Shown: positions 47,285 to 59,041, numbered from the stretch's first letter. The stretch: DNA of 64,000 bases from Patescibacteria group bacterium (GCA_039188945.1 JBCCYW010000003.1:8573-72572); one strand, 5' to 3'. Notes: generated by a model not told the origin, from the sequence alone. Numbers and translations are program-made.

Positions 47285-47371
47285 GCGGAGAGAGGGGGAT
47301 TCGAACCCCCGATACGGTTGCCCGTATACATCCTTTCCAAGGATGCGCGATCGACCACTCTGCCATCTCTC
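47285..47371 (-). tRNA. tRNA-Ser, anticodon GGA (long variable arm; CCA not encoded)
   Basis: Reverse complement reads GGAGAGATGGCAGAGTGGTCGATCGCGCATCCTTGGAAAGGATGTATACGGGCAACCGTATCGGGGGTTCGAATCCCCCTCTCTCCG. 7-bp acceptor. Anticodon stem CATCC/GGATG with loop TTGGAAA (anticodon GGA). Variable-arm hairpin ATACGG-GCAA-CCGTAT. T-arm GGGGG-TTCGAAT-CCCCC. Confidence 0.85.
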
Positions 47372-47560
47372 CATCTGTTTCGTCGCACCGTGCCTGCATA
47401 CTTATACACCACCCGGCCACTTCTGCGTAGCGGACAGTCTAACAAACTCTTTTTATTTATTCGAGATCAAGATCGTGAAAGGCTTTATCGACCGTATCGA
47501 CTCAAACAACTGATGAATAGTGTCTATCTCCTCAAACCTCCCCATAATAAAAATTTTATA

Positions 47561-48283
47561 TCACTCACTTTCATCATCACCTAGTTCTAATAACCGAGGC
47601 TCAGGATCAGTCACTTTGTAGAACAATTCAACGAAACTAGCGGATTCTTCTTTGTCTATTGGACCATCAAACTGTGCCTTAAAATGATCCACAAATAGCT
47701 CAAACCAGCTCTCTTGCAACTCTTGAGCGCAACGATCTCTATTACTGCGATCCTCAGCTACCTGATCAGCGTAACTAACTAAGTCTTCTCGGAGTCTAGT
47801 GTCTTGCAAAGCTATATTCACAACTTCCATAAACTTCAATGCGTATTGCTGCTGTTCTACTAGTTCCTTGTCAGGATATTTTTCCTCAAAAAACTCCATA
47901 ACTTCCGCAGTTCCAGTCAAAGCTACATCACAATGATAATCGAATACTGCATATGCACGCTCTCTTTTCTCTTCTTCATCCATAGTCGCTAGATTTTTTG
48001 CTTCAATCTGCCGGCCAGCATGAGCCGCCATCATATTTTTGTAAAAGATTTCTTTTGCACCACGTTCAGGACGCTGCGCCTCATTAAGTAGTTCTGATAC
48101 TGAAAAATCATGTTTAGTGCTTGTTTCCCGCAAAATGCTCTCCGCTCCCATTGAGCGGACTGATCCATAGGTTTGCGGAACCATAAGATTTGCTACTCGC
48201 AATGACTCAATTAAATTATCAGCACTTTGTTCTAAAGATTCTTTGCGCAAAGGATCTTCATTAGCTGGGAAACTCTCTGACAT
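47561..48283 (-). CDS. Hypothetical cytoplasmic acidic protein
   Basis: ORF track 240 aa. No recognisable motif. Confidence 0.45.
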   Translation of the reverse strand: MSESFPANEDPLRKESLEQSADNLIESLRVANLMVPQTYGSVRSMGAESILRETSTKHDFSVSELLNEAQRPERGAKEIFYKNMMAAHAGRQIEAKNLATMDEEEKRERAYAVFDYHCDVALTGTAEVMEFFEEKYPDKELVEQQQYALKFMEVVNIALQDTRLREDLVSYADQVAEDRSNRDRCAQELQESWFELFVDHFKAQFDGPIDKEESASFVELFYKVTDPEPRLLELGDDESE

Positions 48284-48300
48284 AAACCACGCTCTTTGGA

Positions 48301-49194
48301 TTAAATATTTTTACTTCGCAGACGAGCAATCCGCTCTGCTGCAGGAGGATGGGTTTGAAAAAGATTACTCAAGCGCTGCATCAGACCTTTACCATGCTTT
48401 CCAAATGGATCAGAGATAAACAAATGAGCGGTCGCGTGACTAGCTCGCTGCATTGGTCGACCTTGGTTAGAAATCTTTTCCAAGGCTGATGCCAGCCCCT
48501 CTGGATAACGAGTTAATAATGCGCCTGTAGCATCAGCCAAATACTCACGTTTGCGAGAGATCGCTAGCTGGATCATCTGAGCAGCGATTGGCGCCAAGAT
48601 AATGCCAACAATACCAATGATGAGAAACGCTGGGTGTCGATCTCGGTTGCCGCCGTCCCAGAATAGTGAGCGAGCAAACATATCAGCCACAATCGCTACA
48701 AATCCAGCCAGCACTACAGCTACTGTCATCACCAGCATGTCGCGGTTACCAACATGAGCGAGTTCGTGTGCCATCACTCCTTCAATTTCATTTCGATCAA
48801 GTATCGCCAACAGCCCAGTAGTTGCAGCCACCACCGCATGTTCAGGATTACGACCAGTCGCAAAAGCATTAGGGGCTGGGTCCTCAACGACATACACCTT
48901 GGGCATCGGTAATCCTGCCGTAATCGATAAGTTCTCAACGATATTAATAAGATCACGGTGTTGTGCTGGGTCGGCTGGCTTAGCATTGGTCATGCGCAGG
49001 ACAATTTTATCTGAGTACCAGTAACTCCAGATGTTCATGAGAAACGCAAAACCAACCGCTACATAGAGAATGAGTGGATTGCCAACATACCAGCTAATAC
49101 CATAACCAATCGCAATTACGAATACCAAAAAGCTACCCATCAAGAAATAGGTCTTCCAAATATTTCGTGACTGCTGCGTATAGAGAGTTGCCAT
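48301..49194 (-). CDS. htpX: HtpX-type M48 zinc metalloprotease (membrane)
   Basis: ORF track 297 aa. HEXXH in VMAHELAHVGNRDM. N-terminal TM helices. Typical HtpX length. Confidence 0.88.
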   Translation of the reverse strand: MATLYTQQSRNIWKTYFLMGSFLVFVIAIGYGISWYVGNPLILYVAVGFAFLMNIWSYWYSDKIVLRMTNAKPADPAQHRDLINIVENLSITAGLPMPKVYVVEDPAPNAFATGRNPEHAVVAATTGLLAILDRNEIEGVMAHELAHVGNRDMLVMTVAVVLAGFVAIVADMFARSLFWDGGNRDRHPAFLIIGIVGIILAPIAAQMIQLAISRKREYLADATGALLTRYPEGLASALEKISNQGRPMQRASHATAHLFISDPFGKHGKGLMQRLSNLFQTHPPAAERIARLRSKNI

Positions 49195-49224
49195 CGTGCT
49201 TAGTACGTTTGTGCTAATTCAATC

Positions 49225-49608
49225 TTACAGCGGAATACCCTGTGGAGTTTCTTCAGACTTGTATTGTACATCATCTGACCAGTGCAAGAAATGTCGGTGC
49301 TTGTAGCCTCCTTTATCATGATGATTGGCGTCTCGTGCAGCCTGCACAGTTGCCTCATCGATTTCAAGTTGTTCGAGAATAGCGTCCAATACTTCCATCA
49401 TGTCGCAATATTCTTCCAAGAAATCTTCTTTGGTACGCGTCATTGAAAGCGACGTAGCTTCTTCACGGATTTTCTTAAAGAGTTCTTGCTGAAATTCCTG
49501 AATGTCAGAGATCGGGCGAATATCACACTTATGACCTTTCTTTTCAATCTTCTCCTTCGTGTGATCACGTACGAGCTTGTTGTAATAAATACGAGTGAGT
49601 TGTGACAT
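49225..49608 (-). CDS. MazG-like nucleotide pyrophosphohydrolase domain protein (tentative)
   Basis: ORF track 127 aa. KLVRDHTKEKI...EEATSL...EEYCDMMEVLDAILEQL resembles the all-alpha MazG/house-cleaning NTP-PPase pattern. Confidence 0.4.
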   Translation of the reverse strand: MSQLTRIYYNKLVRDHTKEKIEKKGHKCDIRPISDIQEFQQELFKKIREEATSLSMTRTKEDFLEEYCDMMEVLDAILEQLEIDEATVQAARDANHHDKGGYKHRHFLHWSDDVQYKSEETPQGIPL

Positions 49609-49619
49609 AGTGTCAAAGA

Positions 49620-50234
49620 TTAGAAGTCAACCTTAACGTTCTCACGCTCTTCTGGAGCATCATCAAGGTCAAAGTATTGTTCTTCTTTGAAGTTGAACAT
49701 GTTACCAATAATGTTTGAAGGAAATGACTGCAACGCAATCGCGAGGTCGCGTACGTTGGTGTTGTAAAACCGTCGAGCGGCTTGGATTTTATTCTCTGTG
49801 TCAGAGAGTTCGGTCTGGAGTTGTGAGAAATTCTGATTTGCCTTGAGGTCTGGATACGCTTCAGCCACCGCCAACAGTTTGCCAAGCGCACCAGTTAGCG
49901 CATTCTCGGCTCCTGCCATGGCAGTAATCTGCTCTGGTGTAATGCCGGTAGGGTCAACATGAACCTTAGTGGCTTCAGCCCGAGCGTTCGTTACCGCGTC
50001 GAAGGTTTCGCGTTCATGAGCCGCGTAACCCTTCACGGTTTCTACCAGGTTTGGAATGAGGTCGTAGCGACGTTTAAGCTGCACATCAATATCAGCCCAG
50101 GCTTCTTTCGCCCGTTGTGTAAGTTTTACAAAATTATTGTAGGCGTAGATGACATACAACACTGCCACCACAACTACTCCAAGTACAATCCACGTAATCA
50201 TCATAAGTGTTTTTATCCCGTAATTGTAAGCCAT
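49620..50234 (-). CDS. lemA: LemA family membrane protein
   Basis: ORF track 204 aa. N-terminal TM helix, then AYNNFVKLTQRAKEAWADIDVQLKRRYDLIPNLVETVKGYAAHERETFDAVTNAR, characteristic of LemA. Adjacent to htpX as is commonly seen. Confidence 0.8.
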   Translation of the reverse strand: MAYNYGIKTLMMITWIVLGVVVVAVLYVIYAYNNFVKLTQRAKEAWADIDVQLKRRYDLIPNLVETVKGYAAHERETFDAVTNARAEATKVHVDPTGITPEQITAMAGAENALTGALGKLLAVAEAYPDLKANQNFSQLQTELSDTENKIQAARRFYNTNVRDLAIALQSFPSNIIGNMFNFKEEQYFDLDDAPEERENVKVDF

Positions 50235-50275
50235 TTTACCATGAGTTGTACTTGAAACAATCGATTAATGAGCTT

Positions 50276-51010
50276 ATGATGCGCAAAGAATCTGAACCGT
50301 TCAGGGAGCTTACAATGAGCAAGAGAGAAGTCTATGAGGGTCTGCTTGTCCCAGCATTAATGCAACTTGGTGCAAACGACGAAACAAATGCGAAAGAGGT
50401 TGCTGCAGAGGTCTATGATTTCTATGCCGAGCCGTTTCGAAACTACCACGGAGTTGATCATCCGCTAGATATGATAGATCAGTGGTTTAAATATAAAAAA
50501 GCCACAGAAACTGGCAGCGTGAATCTAAAATCTCGCAACCAAGATGAAGACCCTGTCTTGATCGCAATGATTTTCTTTCACGATGTCATCTATCGCATCG
50601 GGCGAGAACCTGGTTTCAGCGAGAAAGCTTCAGCTGCGTGGGCTGGTGAGAAATTGAGTGATCTTGGTATCAGCCAGGATCATATTGATTGGATCAAAGC
50701 TGGCATACTCGCGACCATCGATCATCGTGTGCCTGAAAGCACTAATGTTCCACATATCAGGACTATAGGACTTTTACTTGATCTAGATCTATGGATCTTG
50801 GCAGAGTCGTGGGATACATTTCAAGCAGCCGATGAGCAGCTCTGGCCAGAGTTTCAACCGATTGTCTTGCGTGAAGAATTTCTTGCTGGTAGGGCTCAAT
50901 GGGCAGCGAGTTTTGCTGAAGGACGTATCAGCATCTTCAACACCGATTACTTCAAACAAAGAGTAAGTGTTGCCCTGATGAACTTGACGCAACGAGCTGG
51001 CATGATCTGA
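50276..51010 (+). CDS. Hypothetical protein (possible HD-like phosphohydrolase; weak)
   Basis: ORF track ORF 50207..51010. Start moved to MMRKESEPF to avoid overlap with lemA. Only weak H...HD spacing (FFHDVIY). Confidence 0.4.
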   Translation: MMRKESEPFRELTMSKREVYEGLLVPALMQLGANDETNAKEVAAEVYDFYAEPFRNYHGVDHPLDMIDQWFKYKKATETGSVNLKSRNQDEDPVLIAMIFFHDVIYRIGREPGFSEKASAAWAGEKLSDLGISQDHIDWIKAGILATIDHRVPESTNVPHIRTIGLLLDLDLWILAESWDTFQAADEQLWPEFQPIVLREEFLAGRAQWAASFAEGRISIFNTDYFKQRVSVALMNLTQRAGMI

Positions 51011-51012
51011 CA

Positions 51013-51060
51013 AAAACAGCGCGGGATCCTAACGGAACCCGCGCTGTTTCTTTATGTTGA
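51013..51060 (+). terminator. Rho-independent terminator acagcgcggg...cccgcgctgt followed by TTTCTTTATGTT
   Basis: Seen directly, 3 nt after the stop of the 50276..51010 gene. Confidence 0.65.
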
Positions 51061-51151
51061 AAATTGGAGTCTACTACCAAGCGATACGAGTGAAATGAAA
51101 GCGGACGGTAGTCCATGTTCATTTCCGAGTGAGCGAAGGTAGAAAGAATGT

Positions 51152-51179
51152 AAAAAAGCTGACTTTCGTCAGCTTTTTT
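51152..51179. terminator. Perfect 12-bp hairpin aaaaaagctgac-tttc-gtcagctttttt, bidirectional terminator downstream of groEL
   Basis: Seen directly, 7 nt after the groEL stop on the minus strand. Confidence 0.75.
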
Positions 51180-51185
51180 ACATTC

Positions 51186-53164
<1,979 letters not shown>

Positions 53165-53342
53165 AAATATTTCAAATTTTAATTACGTACTATAAAGTGA
53201 ACATTACTACGCCTACCTCACCAAAAAAGTTACCGTCATTCCGGTAGCCGCGCCGCTATTATACGAAAGCTTGCGGTGGTGTCAAAACCTATACTCTATT
53301 GCGTCCCCCTCACCTTTCTGCTACTATCACTCGCGACATATG

Positions 53343-53579
53343 GGAATTATTCAATCAGTGCTCCCAGCACTGCCGTTTATCCAGATTATTCTCTCCATCC
53401 TCCTCGTCGCAGCCATTCTGCTGCAACAACGTGGATCGAGTCTCGGCGGTGCCTTTGGTGGCGACAACTTCCAAGCCTCATTTCATAAGCGCCGTGGCGC
53501 TGAGGAATTTCTATTCCGACTCTCAATCGGTTTAGCAGTGTTGTTTGTGCTCTCAGCCTTTTTGAACATCCTCGCGTAA
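53343..53579 (+). CDS. secG: Preprotein translocase subunit SecG
   Basis: ORF track ORF 53271..53579, trimmed to MGIIQSVLPALPFIQIILSILLVAAILLQQRGSSLGGAFGG...RRGAEEFLFRLSIGLAVLFVLSAFLNILA. Two TM helices with a Gly-rich loop, typical SecG. Confidence 0.7.
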   Translation, partial: GIIQSVLPALPFIQIILSILLVAAILLQQRGSSLGGAFGGDNFQASFHKRRGAEEFLFRLSIGLAVLFVLSAFLNILA

Positions 53580-53651
53580 GCGATTCCATAATACATACTG
53601 TCAGATAGAAGTATTTCTTTGCGTATATATACGTAGTATTGAACCAACTCT

Positions 53652-55364
53652 ATGGCTGATGATCGATCGGATAGACTCCTGAATCTTATTGAACGAAAAC
53701 CTACCAGTGACCGCCTGCTGTTGCGGATACTGTTTTTTACTGTGATTGCTAGCGGTCTTGTGTTTGCACTTAGTCTCAATAGTCAGTTTATCTCAGAAAC
53801 CCCAACCAGCGGCGGTGTCTTGGAAGAAGGAGTGATTGGTACCCCACGCTTTGTGAATCCTGTCCTGGCAGTCACCCGCGCTGACCAAGATATGACTGCC
53901 TTGGTATACAGCGGACTCTTAGAAGTATCTCCAGAAGGAGATTTGGTTCCTGACGTTGCCGAGTCAGTTACGGTTTCGGAAGACGGCAGGACCTACAATA
54001 TCGTGGTCCGTCAGGATGTGCGCTTCCACGATGGTGTTCAACTAACTGCTCGCGATGTCGCCTATACCATCGCCCTCATTCAAAATCCTGACCTCAAGAG
54101 TCCGCTGCGCGGTAATTGGAATGGTGTGCTAGTGGAAGAACTAGGAGAATACGAATTGAATGTCGTACTGGAAGAAGCCTACTCACCATTTATCGAAAAC
54201 TTCACCTTCGGAATCCTACCTCGTCATATTTGGGACGAACTACCAATTGAACAATTGCCATTTAGTCAACACAATACCGAACCAATCGGTTCTGGGCCAT
54301 TCCAAATTAGTGAGGTAGAGCGCAACCGCTCTGGTCTCATTAACACGTATACCCTCTCGCAGTTCCCCGATCTACCAGACCCAGCTCGCTTAGATCGTGT
54401 CGTCGTGCGGTTTTATGAAAATGAAGCTGACGTTGACGAAGCCCTCATGGCTGGTGAAATTACCAGCAGTGCAAATCTAACCAGCGGTACGGTTCGCACG
54501 CTTAATGAGAATGACTACACGGTCACACAGACCACCCTGCCACGAACCTTTGGTATTTTCTTCAACCAAAATCGTTCGATTGTAACTCGCGATCTTGATG
54601 TTCGTGAAGCCCTCAACGCTGCCATTGATCGTGAGATGCTAATAGAAGACGTACTACTCGGATACGGAGTACCCGCCACTGGCCCAGTACCCAATGGTTT
54701 CTTACGCGAAACTCTAGCCACATCATCAGCAACAGTGTCCACATCCTCACTCGAAGCAGCTCGTGCTATTCTTATCGCTGCTGGCTGGGAAGAGGCTGAA
54801 GATAGCACCTGGCAAACTGAGATTGACGATATAGAGTACACCCTGTCAGTTACCCTCCGTACCGCGAACACCCCATTGTTTGAAGCTACCGCCAACGCAG
54901 TAGCTGATCGGTGGCGTGAGCTTGGGGTCTTAGTAAATGTTGAGCAATTTGAGCAAGCTGACCTCTTGCAAGCAGTTATTCGTCCACGTGAGTTCGAAGC
55001 ATTACTCTTTGGCACTGACCTCAGTCGTGCCGTCGACCTCTTCCCTTTCTGGCATTCTTCACAAAAAGATGACCCTGGTCTTAACATTGCACAATATGCA
55101 AATATTGAGGCCGATGCCTTCTTAGAAACCGCTCGTGTGAGCCAAGATGAAGAGGAAGTAGAAGCAGCATTACAAGCAGTTGATGAATTGATTCAAGCAG
55201 AAGTTCCGGCTCTCTTTCTTTTCTCTCCAGTACTGACCTATGTCACGAGCAATGAATTTACACTACCAACACTATCAAAGTTAAGCCGTCCACACGAACG
55301 ATTTATGAATATTGAGAACTGGCACGCCAAAACTGGCGCCCTCTGGCCATTTTTTAATGAGTAA
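53652..55364 (+). CDS. ABC transporter substrate-binding protein, family 5 (peptide/nickel/oligopeptide type)
   Basis: ORF track 570 aa. N-terminal anchor/signal. Architecture and motifs of SBP_bac_5 (VRQDVRFHDGVQLTARDVAYTI..., RNRSGLINTYTL). Confidence 0.75.
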   Translation: MADDRSDRLLNLIERKPTSDRLLLRILFFTVIASGLVFALSLNSQFISETPTSGGVLEEGVIGTPRFVNPVLAVTRADQDMTALVYSGLLEVSPEGDLVPDVAESVTVSEDGRTYNIVVRQDVRFHDGVQLTARDVAYTIALIQNPDLKSPLRGNWNGVLVEELGEYELNVVLEEAYSPFIENFTFGILPRHIWDELPIEQLPFSQHNTEPIGSGPFQISEVERNRSGLINTYTLSQFPDLPDPARLDRVVVRFYENEADVDEALMAGEITSSANLTSGTVRTLNENDYTVTQTTLPRTFGIFFNQNRSIVTRDLDVREALNAAIDREMLIEDVLLGYGVPATGPVPNGFLRETLATSSATVSTSSLEAARAILIAAGWEEAEDSTWQTEIDDIEYTLSVTLRTANTPLFEATANAVADRWRELGVLVNVEQFEQADLLQAVIRPREFEALLFGTDLSRAVDLFPFWHSSQKDDPGLNIAQYANIEADAFLETARVSQDEEEVEAALQAVDELIQAEVPALFLFSPVLTYVTSNEFTLPTLSKLSRPHERFMNIENWHAKTGALWPFFNE

Positions 55365-55396
55365 TTAACAAGTAACAACGTAGTAATTAATATAAT

Positions 55397-57376
55397 ATGA
55401 ATAAACCATCTAATAACCGATCAACCAACCGAGGACCGCGACGGACACCAGGTAACCGAACTCGAACAACTCGACCGGGCACTGGTAGTACGTCTCGCAG
55501 CACCCAGAAGCCAACCGGCAACCGGCGCCCAGCCCGAGGTCGCTCTGGCGGCAACCCAAGTGGTGGCGGACAGCGTCGCCGTCCAGCCGGACGAGGCGGA
55601 CAACGGCGTAATCATCGTCGTCCGAGCAAAAACCCAGCTCTCCAACACCGCATGGAGGACGCCGAAAAGACATCACTTCATCTTCCCGAGATTACCGATG
55701 AAGATACAGTACGAATCATTCCTGTATCTGGCGTAGAGGAAGTTGGAAGAAACATGAATATTATTGAAACGATTGATGGCATCGTGCTTATTGACGCCGG
55801 ATTTCAATTTGTCTCAGAAGGAGGTGGTACGCCAGGGATTGATTACATCCTTCCTAACACCCAGTACCTGGAAGACCGCAAAGACAAAATTCTTGGCATG
55901 ATCGTTAGCCATGGTCACCTCGACCATATTGGTGGGATTCCTTTTATCATGGAACGAATTGGCTATCCTCCTATCTATACGCAATACCTGACATCTTTGA
56001 TGATCAAGAAGCGCCAAGAGGAGTTCCCTCACATGGAACCGCTTGAAATTGACGTCGTCAAAGAAGGTCAGTCGTTTATGCTTGGTAAAACTCGTATCAA
56101 GACCTTCCCTGTCACTCACTCTATTCCCGATTCAATGGGTATCTCAGTTGAAACCAAGCATGGTGACGTTGTATTTACCGGTGACATTCGCCTCACTCAT
56201 GACGGCGAGGATGTCGACCAAGAAGAGAAGAAATCATGGGAGGCAGTTGGAAAGAATAACAACCTTCTTCTGATGGCTGACTCGACTGGAGCACACCAGG
56301 AAGGTTTTTCAGCGCCAGAGTCAATTGTCTTTGAGAACCTGGAAAAGATCATTAAGGATGCTTCTGGACGTCTTATTATCGGTACCTTTGCATCTCAGTT
56401 TGAGCGGTTGATCCACGTCGTTAAGATGTGTGAAAAGTACGGCAAAGTTGTTATTCCTGAAGGACGTAGCATCAAGACTCATATTGATATCGCCATTACC
56501 GCTAAGATGATGGAAGTAAAGCCAGGTGTTATTGTGAGCGCTCAAGAAGCTGAAGACTACCCTCGTGACCGAGTGGTTGTACTTGCTACTGGTGCTCAAG
56601 GTGAAGAATTTGCTGCCCTCATGCGCATGGCTACCGATAAGCATAAAAGTATTACTCTGGACGAGCGAGACACTATCGTACTCTCTTCTTCAGTCATTCC
56701 TGGTAATGAAGTCGCGGTACAAATATTGAAAGACAACATCTACCGCAAGAACGTCCGGATCGTTAATTACAAAACCCAAGGTGGAGTTCACTCGTCTGGT
56801 CACGGAAACGCTGGTGAGCTGCGTTGGGTGCGACAAACGGTAAAACCAAAATTCCTGATGCCCGTACATGGTCATCACTTTATGTTGAAGAGTCATATGT
56901 ACGACGCGGTTGAACATGGCATGCCAAGAGAAAACGTGATTGTGCCAGACAATGGAACAATCCTTGATATCAGAAATGGCGAAGAACTGATCGTACATAA
57001 AGAAAAGGCTCCAACAGAAGATATTTTGGTAGACGGCTTTACGGTGGGTGCTAAACAAGAAGTGGTTTTGCGTGACCGGCTGTCACTCGCCCAAGACGGG
57101 ATGTTTGTGATTATTGCAACGGTGAATACCCGGACCGGTAAGTTACGTAAGTCTCCAGACATCATTTCGCGAGGTTTTGTGTACTTGCGTGAGAACCAGC
57201 AACTCCTCTCTGAGGCTCGGGTACTAATTAAGAAAACAGTTGAGAAGCAGACAGAAAAGATGCATCCGATTGATCTCGACTATGTGAAGGACAATCTCAC
57301 CGATGTCGTGAGTGGCTTCCTCATGCAGAAGACCCAAAAGACACCGATGGTGATTCCAGTGTTGATTGGAATTTAA
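55397..57376 (+). CDS. rnj: Ribonuclease J (metallo-beta-lactamase/beta-CASP RNase) with about 100-aa Arg/Gly/Pro-rich N-terminal extension
   Basis: ORF track 659 aa. HGHLDHIGG zinc motif. beta-CASP and C-terminal domain layout of RNase J. N-terminus NRSTNRGPRRTPGNRTRTTRPG...GGQRRRPAGRGGQRRNHRRP is low-complexity and basic. Confidence 0.88.
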   Translation: MNKPSNNRSTNRGPRRTPGNRTRTTRPGTGSTSRSTQKPTGNRRPARGRSGGNPSGGGQRRRPAGRGGQRRNHRRPSKNPALQHRMEDAEKTSLHLPEITDEDTVRIIPVSGVEEVGRNMNIIETIDGIVLIDAGFQFVSEGGGTPGIDYILPNTQYLEDRKDKILGMIVSHGHLDHIGGIPFIMERIGYPPIYTQYLTSLMIKKRQEEFPHMEPLEIDVVKEGQSFMLGKTRIKTFPVTHSIPDSMGISVETKHGDVVFTGDIRLTHDGEDVDQEEKKSWEAVGKNNNLLLMADSTGAHQEGFSAPESIVFENLEKIIKDASGRLIIGTFASQFERLIHVVKMCEKYGKVVIPEGRSIKTHIDIAITAKMMEVKPGVIVSAQEAEDYPRDRVVVLATGAQGEEFAALMRMATDKHKSITLDERDTIVLSSSVIPGNEVAVQILKDNIYRKNVRIVNYKTQGGVHSSGHGNAGELRWVRQTVKPKFLMPVHGHHFMLKSHMYDAVEHGMPRENVIVPDNGTILDIRNGEELIVHKEKAPTEDILVDGFTVGAKQEVVLRDRLSLAQDGMFVIIATVNTRTGKLRKSPDIISRGFVYLRENQQLLSEARVLIKKTVEKQTEKMHPIDLDYVKDNLTDVVSGFLMQKTQKTPMVIPVLIGI

Positions 57377-57613
57377 TTTGGTGTGCTACACTTCTCCAGA
57401 GTAGACAAAAGGAGACTCAGCATGGATGGAGTTACAGTCGAAGATTTTGCTAACCTGCCTGGAGATTTGGATTTTCCAGTACTGATCAGACCAACCTACC
57501 CTCTCGGTGGCTGCAGCAAACTTGAGGCGAAAGATCTCAATGAGCTGACTTCATTGTTGTGGGAGAAGTGTATGCCCCCAGTCGTGCTAAGCTGCAAGAC
57601 ATAAACAAGATGT

Positions 57614-57650
57614 GAGGTCCGTGGAAAATTACCACGGACCTCTCTTCTGT
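57614..57650 (+). terminator. Hairpin gaggtccgtgg-aaaatta-ccacggacctc (11-bp perfect stem) followed by a T-rich tract
   Basis: Seen directly, downstream of rnj and the small 57383..57604 ORF. Confidence 0.6.
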
Positions 57651-57667
57651 TTAGTACACTAGTACTA

Positions 57668-58870
57668 ATGCCAGTGCATGGCCGACACCCGCTACATCGT
57701 CGAAACCCAGCCCACATCGGGTTCTGGTTGATTTATGTGATCTCGGTCATTTTCACCTTTCACACCCTCCTGACCGCTTACAACAACTCCACTTATATGG
57801 AGCAGTTTGTGAATCCTGCCGTTATTGGCGCGCTTTACAGTATTGGCTCAGCGCTAGCGGTATTCTCATTCTTATTTATATCAAGGGTATTACGGAAGGT
57901 TGGCAACGTCCGTCTTACCTTGTGGCTAGCAATTATTGAACTCCTCTCACTTGTCGCTCTTGGCCTCGCCACCGATCCACGCACCGCCATTATTGCGTTT
58001 GTGGTCTTTCTCACCCTCAACCCGCTTCTTTATTTAAGTATTGATATCTTTTCCGAGAGCCTGATTGGCGACAACGAAGATTCAACTGGATCAAAGCGTG
58101 GTCTCACTCTGGGACTCATGAGCATGGCAGCGGTAATCGCTCCACTCACTATGGGCTATCTGGTCGGTGATGATAGCTCCAATCTACCCAATACGTACTT
58201 TGCTTCAGCAGCGGTGATGACACTCTTTGTACTGATTATTATTGCTCGCTTCGACTCCTTTAAAGATCCCGAGTACAAGGAAATTAAAGTCTTACAGGCA
58301 ATTCAATCCTTTTGGGACAATACCGATGTCCGTGGTGTATTCCTCGCTCACTTTCTCTTACAGTTCTTCTTTGCGTGGATGGTTATCTACTTCCCACTCT
58401 ATCTCGCTACTGAAATTATGTTGCCGTGGGATGAGATTGGTGCCATCATCGCAGTAGGACTCTTTGCATATGTATTATTTGAATATCCAATTGGCATTGT
58501 GGCTGACCGCTGGACCGGAGAAAAAGAAATGATGGCGATTGGATTTGTGATATTAGCCGTTGCCTCAGCCAGTATTTCGTATATGGGAGCCGCCACGGTT
58601 GCTGGATGGATGGCGCTCATGTTTGTGAGTCGGATTGGTGCCAGCTTAGTTGAAGCCACTACCGAAAGTTACTTCTTCAAACATGTAGATGGTAGCGATG
58701 CTAATGTCATGAGCTTCTTCCGTCTCACCCGCCCACTCGCCAACTTGATTGGTGCTCTCGCCGGCACCATTACCCTGCTCTACCTCCCTTTCAATCTTAT
58801 TTTTGTCATTCTTGGACTCCTGATGATTCCGGGTATTTTCATCACCCTAACCATCAAAGATACAAAATAA
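57668..58870 (+). CDS. MFS-type transporter (12 TM)
   Basis: ORF track 400 aa. Repeated hydrophobic helices. Loop motif LTLGLMSMAAVIAPLTMGYLVGD. Start may lie further downstream. Confidence 0.7.
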   Translation: MPVHGRHPLHRRNPAHIGFWLIYVISVIFTFHTLLTAYNNSTYMEQFVNPAVIGALYSIGSALAVFSFLFISRVLRKVGNVRLTLWLAIIELLSLVALGLATDPRTAIIAFVVFLTLNPLLYLSIDIFSESLIGDNEDSTGSKRGLTLGLMSMAAVIAPLTMGYLVGDDSSNLPNTYFASAAVMTLFVLIIIARFDSFKDPEYKEIKVLQAIQSFWDNTDVRGVFLAHFLLQFFFAWMVIYFPLYLATEIMLPWDEIGAIIAVGLFAYVLFEYPIGIVADRWTGEKEMMAIGFVILAVASASISYMGAATVAGWMALMFVSRIGASLVEATTESYFFKHVDGSDANVMSFFRLTRPLANLIGALAGTITLLYLPFNLIFVILGLLMIPGIFITLTIKDTK

Positions 58871-58900
58871 AAGATCAGCCCGTAAGCTGATCTTTATCTT
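58869..58900. terminator. Hairpin aaagatcagc-ccgtaa-gctgatcttt followed by ATCTTTTTCC
   Basis: Seen directly. Overlaps the MFS stop codon and is shared with the convergent small ORF. Confidence 0.65.
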
Positions 58901-59041
58901 TTTCCCGTGAACCCTCAGTTGATTTGTGGCCAGGCTTTAATTCATCTGGAACCTGGTAACCATCATCGATTTCTTCACCAGTAAGCAGATTCTGCATCAG
59001 TTCAGACACTTCTTCCGGACTCTTAAGATGATCGTTGTTCA
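58875..59041 (-). CDS. Small acidic hypothetical protein (55 aa; below the ORF-track size cutoff)
   Basis: Own translation MNNDHLKSPEEVSELMQNLLTGEEIDDGYQVPDELKPGHKSTEGSREKDKDQLTG*. AAGAGGA Shine-Dalgarno 4 nt upstream of the ATG. Sits between the MFS gene and the HhH-GPD gene. Confidence 0.3.

Noticed and set aside
53165-53342. Looked for a CIRCE (HrcA) operator upstream of groES
   Set aside because: No TTAGCACTC-N9-GAGTGCTAA or close variant present. groESL regulation here is presumably not HrcA/CIRCE-type.
57383-57604. 73-aa ORF between rnj and the MFS transporter
   Set aside because: No ribosome-binding site or conserved motif. It sits where the rnj terminator hairpin and the MFS promoter should be. 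It could be a spurious ORF and is left unannotated.
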